From Candidatus Jordarchaeia archaeon (GTDB lineage Archaea; Asgardarchaeota; Jordiarchaeia; Jordiarchaeales; Jordiarchaeaceae): a stretch of DNA of 17,987 nucleotides. Position numbers and translations under genes: made by a program. How positions within the stretch are numbered: the first letter of the stretch is position 1; each line of letters opens with the position of its first letter. The stretch spans positions 1-17,987 of the forward strand of contig JAHQXB010000009.1 of the NCBI GenBank assembly GCA_029856435.1, read 5' to 3'. This document shows, piece after piece, positions 17,604-17,987 of the stretch. The notes under the pieces are model-generated. The model was not told the DNA's origin. It searched no databases and saw only the letters and a program-made list of their open reading frames with translations.

Positions 17604-17987
17604 ATGAAAAGACTTAAAATTAGTTTACCTACAGGTCTTTCACCTCTACTAGCTTTTGGTATTGTTCTAGCCGTGGTTCTTTTTGCTATGGGTGGCGGCA
17701 TTTTCTATTTAGTTAACAGCCCTTCATTTACTAATCCTTCAGGTACCTCACTGGTGAATTCTAGCCTACAGGACCAGTATGGTATAGAAATGGTACTATC
17801 AATAGCGCTTATCTTCGTTGGTTTCGTTGGATTTTTGTTGATCTATGAGTCCACAAAACATGTTTACAACGCTAGCTATGCTACAAAATTACTATGGCTA
17901 GGGATAGTAATGATAGCAATTTCGGTAATATTGTTGCATTGGATGATGATATCGAAGGCTACTTGGTTATATCCTTGGGCTAGATAG
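17604..17987 (+). CDS. Three-TM protein resembling the oligosaccharyltransferase subunit DC2/OSTC (OST3/OST6 family)
   Basis: 127 aa from ATG 17604 (after SD-like AGGTG). Three hydrophobic segments, with GGGIFYLVNSPS, DQYGIE and a terminal MISK in the same order and spacing as recalled DC2 motifs. Confidence 0.65.
   Translation: MKRLKISLPTGLSPLLAFGIVLAVVLFAMGGGIFYLVNSPSFTNPSGTSLVNSSLQDQYGIEMVLSIALIFVGFVGFLLIYESTKHVYNASYATKLLWLGIVMIAISVILLHWMMISKATWLYPWAR

Overview
AT-rich archaeal chromosomal window. An Asgard or TACK (e.g. Bathyarchaeia-like) origin is inferred from gene content, not proven. Intact genes: a small hypothetical protein, an SWS1/ZSWIM7-like SWIM protein, a metallophosphoesterase-Lhr helicase pair, pyrB, a UPF0148 zinc-ribbon protein, full-length Hef helicase-nuclease, a PRC-barrel protein, a PUA/PAPS-reductase/ferredoxin fusion, gcvH, type IA topoisomerase with a translationally coupled small zinc-finger protein, and a 3-TM protein resembling the eukaryotic oligosaccharyltransferase subunit DC2/OSTC (OST3/OST6 family). 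Features the ORF track misses: (i) a decayed metallo-beta-lactamase-fold pseudogene (6831-7981) split by a 177-bp MITE-like element with 14-bp perfect terminal inverted repeats and CCGG direct repeats; (ii) a second, unrelated 181-bp MITE-like element upstream of gcvH; (iii) the end of a GC-rich, frameshifted IS630-like transposase at the left edge. No tRNA, rRNA or CRISPR array was seen. Family assignments come from motif reading and recalled sequences; no database search was run.
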